Source: Candidatus Hermodarchaeota archaeon (lineage in GTDB: Archaea > Asgardarchaeota > Hermodarchaeia > Hermodarchaeales > Hermodarchaeaceae). Taken from it: a DNA stretch of 29,041 nt. The position numbers were made by a program, and so were the translations under genes. The notes beneath the pieces are model-generated. The model made no database searches. It was not told the DNA's origin and saw only the letters and a list, made by a program, of their open reading frames with translations. Numbering within the stretch: position 1 is the first letter of the stretch; each line of letters starts with the position of its first letter. The stretch spans positions 1-29,041 of the forward strand of contig JAEOTB010000031.1 in assembly GCA_016840065.1 (NCBI GenBank). The letters run 5' to 3'. Positions 24,927 through 29,041 of this stretch are shown piece by piece.

Positions 24927-26837
24927 TCACCTCTTCGCTTTAGTGATTGCTTTGGCGGGACATATCTGAACGCAGACACCACAGCCATTACAGAGAACTT
25001 CATCGATTTTTGCCATGGAGGTTTCACTATCCCAGACACAAGCAGGGCAGTTAAACTGGACGGAACAAATCTTACATTTTTCGCCGATGCATTTGTCTTT
25101 ATCAACTATGTACTTCGGTGTAGGTTCTCCTGATTTAATTCGTCGACGATTTGTGATGAGCGCGCACTCTCGACGAAACACTATGGCGTGGCTGATATTT
25201 GCAGTAATTGCTTTGTAAATCCTGTCTATTGATTTCTCGATGTCAAAGGGGTCGATGACTGATATTTCGGAGAAGCCAATACCCTTTAGCAGATTTTCGA
25301 TGGGTACTGTTGTGATTTTCTCTCCTGTAGCGGCGAGTCCTATCCCAGGGTGAGGTTGGAAACCTGTCATCGCCGTTGATTCGTTATCAAAAATTATGGA
25401 TGTGACCTTCGACTGAGTGTACACAATGTTTACCAGAGCGGGGAGGCAAGCGTGGTAAAAAGTCGAATCCCCCATCACCGCTATCACTGGCTCATCCAGC
25501 CCAAATTGGTCAAGTTTTCCAAAACCACTGGCCAGTCCCACTCCAGCACCCATTGAGAGCTGGCTGCGCATGATATCATGATAGAATGCGCCCAAGGAGT
25601 AGCAGCCTATATCACCTGTGACAAAACCCTTGCCTTGATTCTTCTTGATTGCTCGATGGATGCTATAATATGCAGCTCTGTGTGGGCATCCTGGACAGAA
25701 TGTCAGGATTCTACGTGGAGCAAGGTTAGCCGCGTCTTCTGCTTTAGCAATATATGCCCTTGAGACTGGTTTGTATTTAATACCCTGGATCTTTGAGATT
25801 GCAGCTATTGCGTGGTCGATGTTACATTCGCCGAAACTGGGAATGTGACCAGAGAATTTACCGAAAAACTTGAACTGGTCTGATTTTTCCAAATCAGCGG
25901 CGAGGCTGCGAACCTGTGTCTCCAGGTAAGGGTCGATTTCCTCTAAGAACAGCACCTTGTTTGCGGATTTTAGGTGTTTTAGTATTAGCTTGTGGGGGAG
26001 CGGCGAAATGGTGGCGAGTGCGAGGATGCCCACATCTTTTGCAGATAGGAGTTGTACTGCCTCATTGGCGTATTTCCAACCAGTACCTGATGTGATAACC
26101 AGAAGAGATGGATTTCGTGGTCCCACATACCGATTCCACGATGATTTCTCGAATTCCTTCTTACGGATTCTTTCCAAGCGTTGATGAAGCTCTGCATGGC
26201 GGATATGAGGGCGAGGAAGGTTGTGAAGGGGAATGCTATGGTCAAATACTGCCTTACGGGAAGGATTGGGAACTTCACCCAGAGTGAATGGCGCTCGGCT
26301 CTGAGCTAGTCGGGTTGTTTCCCTCACCAAAACCACTAGCCCATATTTTTCAGATAAGTCAAAGGCGTAAGGGATGATGTCTTTTGCTTGCTGATGAGTG
26401 AAAGGTTCCAAGACAACAACATCTGAGTAATTACCCAGTGGACGCGAATCACCCTCAGTCGTTGAGCTGTGGGCGAGTGGATCATCAGCAACGACAAGTA
26501 CAAGCCCGCCTTTGCCATGCCCTGAAAAGGCGACATTAATCAATGAATCTAACACGACGAATAGCCCATTCTGCTTCATCGATGCTAGAGCTCGGAGCCC
26601 AGACCACGCAGCTGCTGTTGCAACCTCGAAGGCAACCTTCTCGTTTGTACTCCACTCGGTGTAAATTCCTAAACCCTTTGAGACGAGTGCGAGGTTTCCA
26701 AGGATTTCAGATGATGGTGTGCCCGGATAGGCTGCTGCGAATTGGATACCCGCTTCTAGGGCTCCTCGGGCTATCGCTTCATTGCCCAGCCCCAGGACTA
26801 CATCACCAGCTTTCCCGAACATAACATCGTAACCCAT
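24927..26837 (-). CDS. iorA: Indolepyruvate:ferredoxin oxidoreductase alpha subunit
   Basis: GNEAIARGA, YPGTPSSEI, NEKVAFE, FCPGCPH, GDIGCY, GDSTF.H, N..TAMTG.QP, C-terminal 2x[4Fe-4S] domain. Confidence 0.95.
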   Translation of the reverse strand: MGYDVMFGKAGDVVLGLGNEAIARGALEAGIQFAAAYPGTPSSEILGNLALVSKGLGIYTEWSTNEKVAFEVATAAAWSGLRALASMKQNGLFVVLDSLINVAFSGHGKGGLVLVVADDPLAHSSTTEGDSRPLGNYSDVVVLEPFTHQQAKDIIPYAFDLSEKYGLVVLVRETTRLAQSRAPFTLGEVPNPSRKAVFDHSIPLHNLPRPHIRHAELHQRLERIRKKEFEKSSWNRYVGPRNPSLLVITSGTGWKYANEAVQLLSAKDVGILALATISPLPHKLILKHLKSANKVLFLEEIDPYLETQVRSLAADLEKSDQFKFFGKFSGHIPSFGECNIDHAIAAISKIQGIKYKPVSRAYIAKAEDAANLAPRRILTFCPGCPHRAAYYSIHRAIKKNQGKGFVTGDIGCYSLGAFYHDIMRSQLSMGAGVGLASGFGKLDQFGLDEPVIAVMGDSTFYHACLPALVNIVYTQSKVTSIIFDNESTAMTGFQPHPGIGLAATGEKITTVPIENLLKGIGFSEISVIDPFDIEKSIDRIYKAITANISHAIVFRRECALITNRRRIKSGEPTPKYIVDKDKCIGEKCKICSVQFNCPACVWDSETSMAKIDEVLCNGCGVCVQICPAKAITKAKR

Positions 26838-26962
26838 AGTTCACCACGTAGTTTTGATACCTATCACAGTTGTACAAACATGTTGTCTTGCTCTAGGGTC
26901 ATTGGTTTCATTTTAGGAGATAGAACCTTTATAATATTCATCCATGCCTTAGACACGTAAGA

Positions 26963-27838
26963 GTGTCTAGTATGCCTAACCCCTCCAAGCCTGAACTCCA
27001 AATTATTGACTTTCACATCCATATAGGGTTGCGGAAGCATTTCAACCCTTCAATCCTACAGTTATTCGGGATGTCAAATCCTGCGCTCGAGGACCAGATT
27101 AGCGAGTTCATGAAACCGGACAATATTGTGGCGATGCTTGATGGGCACGGGGTTAGCAGAGCAGTTGTGTTGGCAGAAGATTCACCGAAGGTTACTGGCG
27201 TAGTGCCTAACGATTTTGTGGCTGAATTCTGCAGCCATTATCCGGACAGATTGATTCCATATGCCAGTGTTGACCCAACTGAGAACACGAATCCCGCAAG
27301 GACACTGGAAAAGGCTGTGACTGAACTGGAGATGCGGGGGTTGAAGCTTTACCCTAGCTATCAGCACTTCTATCCGAATGCCTATCAGGAAGATTCTAGT
27401 TTAAGGAAGCTTAGGCAGTTGTATGAATGCGCAGAAAACTTGAGGCTTCCAGTGATGTTTCACACAGGTACAAGCGTGTTCCCTGGGGCCCGACTCAAAT
27501 ATAGCAATCCATTATTCCTCGATGACCTTGCTGTAGACTTTCCAGAGTTGAAAATCATAATGGCGCATGGAGGTCGAGGACCCTGGTTCAGTACAGCATT
27601 CTATCTTGCCAGGATGCACGCAAATGTTTTCATTGATATATCTGGGCTCCCGCCGAAGAATCTTCTCAACTACTTTCCCAAGCTTGAATCTATCTCCGAG
27701 AAGGTGCTGTTTGGTAGCGACTGGCCCGACACTCTCAATATCGGTGCAAACATCGAAGCTGTAAAACATCTAGCTATTAGCGATAGAGCGAAGGCGCAAA
27801 TACTTGGAGGGAATGCTGCAAGAATACTAGAGCTATAG
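26963..27838 (+). CDS. Amidohydrolase-family metal-dependent hydrolase (Amidohydro_2)
   Basis: IDFHIH, GLKLYP, FHTG, MAHGG, FGSDWP, ILGGNA. The start may be ATG 26972. Confidence 0.9.
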   Translation: MSSMPNPSKPELQIIDFHIHIGLRKHFNPSILQLFGMSNPALEDQISEFMKPDNIVAMLDGHGVSRAVVLAEDSPKVTGVVPNDFVAEFCSHYPDRLIPYASVDPTENTNPARTLEKAVTELEMRGLKLYPSYQHFYPNAYQEDSSLRKLRQLYECAENLRLPVMFHTGTSVFPGARLKYSNPLFLDDLAVDFPELKIIMAHGGRGPWFSTAFYLARMHANVFIDISGLPPKNLLNYFPKLESISEKVLFGSDWPDTLNIGANIEAVKHLAISDRAKAQILGGNAARILEL

Positions 27839-27841
27839 TAG

Positions 27842-29041
27842 CTATTGTTTTGGTCGTTTTCCTGTTACGGCGCGAACAATTCCCCAGAATTCGTCCTCTT
27901 TCAATCCGAGGCGGGTTTCGCGGAGAAGCTCTTGGGCCTGTTGGAGTTGCTGGAGCATCTCTCGTTTATCGCGGAGCCGGTGGGTCTCTTTGACTTGACA
28001 GACAATTTGTTGGACCTGCTCATCTGAGGCCTCGATTCCTTCCTGTTCCAGCTTGGTTCTCACCATTTGGCTACCCGTGAATTTTCCAAGATAGAAGCTT
28101 GTGCGGCGCCCCACGGCTTCAGGAGGAATTGGCTCATAGCAAAGTTGATGGGCAAGTAAGCCGTGTACGTGGATGCCGGCAGCGTGGGAGAAGGCATTTT
28201 CACCGATGATAGCTTTGTGAATCGGGAGTAGAATAGCGAAATACTGGCTTGTGAGCTTGGCCAATTCGTGAATTCGCTTAGTCTCAACTCCAGTAGGAAT
28301 GTTATAGAGGATTTCTAGAGCCATGACAACCTCTTCAAGGGGAGCGTTACCTGCCCGTTCTCCGAAACCAGCAACACAAACGTGAGGTGTGGTTACTCCT
28401 TCTTCGATGGCAGCTAGTGTGTTGGCGGTGGCTAGTCCGAAGTCGTTGTGGCAGTGGATACCGAGAGGTGTTTTTCCTTTAGTTTCCTTCCAGAGCCTGT
28501 CTCGTACCTGGCTAACAAGGTGCCGCATCGATTCTGGTCGAAGGAAACCAACAGTGTCGGTCATTATTACTCTGTCAGCTCCTGCCTCGACTGCAGTCTT
28601 GAAGACCTCCACGGTCCTATCGACGCTTGTGCGGGAGGTGTCCTCTGAGATGAAATCCACCTTCACGCCATGACTCTTAGCGTACTCAACACTGTCGGTG
28701 ACCCGGTCTAGAACCTCCTGCCATTCCATCTTGAGCTTGTATTTTAGGTGGAGGTTGCTCGTGGCGATGAAAACAGGTACTTCCTCAGCGCCAGCTTGGA
28801 CGGAGAGATCGATATCAGACCGGAGGGCACGGGCAGGGGCAGCAAGGCTTGCCTGAGAGAAGCCTTCTGCTGCGATACGACGGACAACCTCTCTTTCGGA
28901 TTCGGCGACTGCGGGGAACCCTACGACTATTACATTGACACCCATCTCGTCCATCAGTTTTGCGATCTCGATTTTCTCGTCAATGAGGAGAGTGGTTCCA
29001 GGTGTCTGTTCTCCATCTCGGAGGGTTTCGTCCCAGATGAA
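27842..29041 (-). CDS. Homocitrate / isopropylmalate / citramalate synthase family (DRE-TIM) protein without C-terminal regulatory domain (5' partial)
   Basis: The frame is open from the right edge: FIWDETLRDGEQTPG..., DTVG, HCHNDFGLATAN, GERAGNA.LEE, AFSHAAGIH. Confidence 0.9.
   Translation of the reverse strand, partial: FIWDETLRDGEQTPGTTLLIDEKIEIAKLMDEMGVNVIVVGFPAVAESEREVVRRIAAEGFSQASLAAPARALRSDIDLSVQAGAEEVPVFIATSNLHLKYKLKMEWQEVLDRVTDSVEYAKSHGVKVDFISEDTSRTSVDRTVEVFKTAVEAGADRVIMTDTVGFLRPESMRHLVSQVRDRLWKETKGKTPLGIHCHNDFGLATANTLAAIEEGVTTPHVCVAGFGERAGNAPLEEVVMALEILYNIPTGVETKRIHELAKLTSQYFAILLPIHKAIIGENAFSHAAGIHVHGLLAHQLCYEPIPPEAVGRRTSFYLGKFTGSQMVRTKLEQEGIEASDEQVQQIVCQVKETHRLRDKREMLQQLQQAQELLRETRLGLKEDEFWGIVRAVTGKRPKQ

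Noticed and set aside
24927-24929. Selenocysteine at the iorA TGA
   Set aside because: The position is an inter-subunit linker rather than a conserved Cys site, no SECIS-like element was recognised, and the SD plus CTG explains iorB more simply.
1-29041. tRNA, rRNA, CRISPR arrays, IS elements, integrases
   Set aside because: No cloverleaf/T-loop signatures, repeat-spacer arrays or transposase/integrase motifs were seen by eye. tRNAscan-SE and Infernal would be needed to exclude them formally.

Overview
Gene-dense archaeal chromosomal segment of about 30 CDS. It shows archaeal TATA/BRE promoters, GGTGA/GGAGG SD sites and several apparently leaderless genes. The gene content fits an anaerobic Wood-Ljungdahl archaeon, and an Asgard or Bathyarchaeia-like lineage is a guess only. 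From left to right: (i) a pentapeptide-repeat + HEAT protein running off the left edge and missed by the ORF track; (ii) a V4R/DUF6144-like gene and a 4-gene operon of small or hypothetical proteins plus a SAM methyltransferase; (iii) an isoprenoid module of two paralogous VTE5/FOLK-type prenol kinases, a Cys8 zinc finger and a divergent short-chain prenyl-PP (GGPP) synthase; (iv) an ACDS/CODH-ACS operon cdhABCD lacking cdhE and cooC; (v) a divergent Mrp/ApbC plus an ORP-like metallocluster module (2x DUF134, 2x NifB/NifX-like, 2x COG1149 ATPases). Both DUF134 promoters carry a shared TTATG-N10-CATAA palindrome; (vi) an orphan truncated eCIS-type AAA ATPase, an AKR-like barrel, membrane proteins, an ICMT/PEMT-like gene and a small RHH / PD-(D/E)XK accessory patch; (vii) iorAB, with iorB apparently starting at CTG in frame with iorA, then an amidohydrolase and a partial homocitrate/isopropylmalate synthase-family gene. 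No tRNA, rRNA, CRISPR array or transposase was seen. All calls come from reading motifs by eye, and no searches were run.
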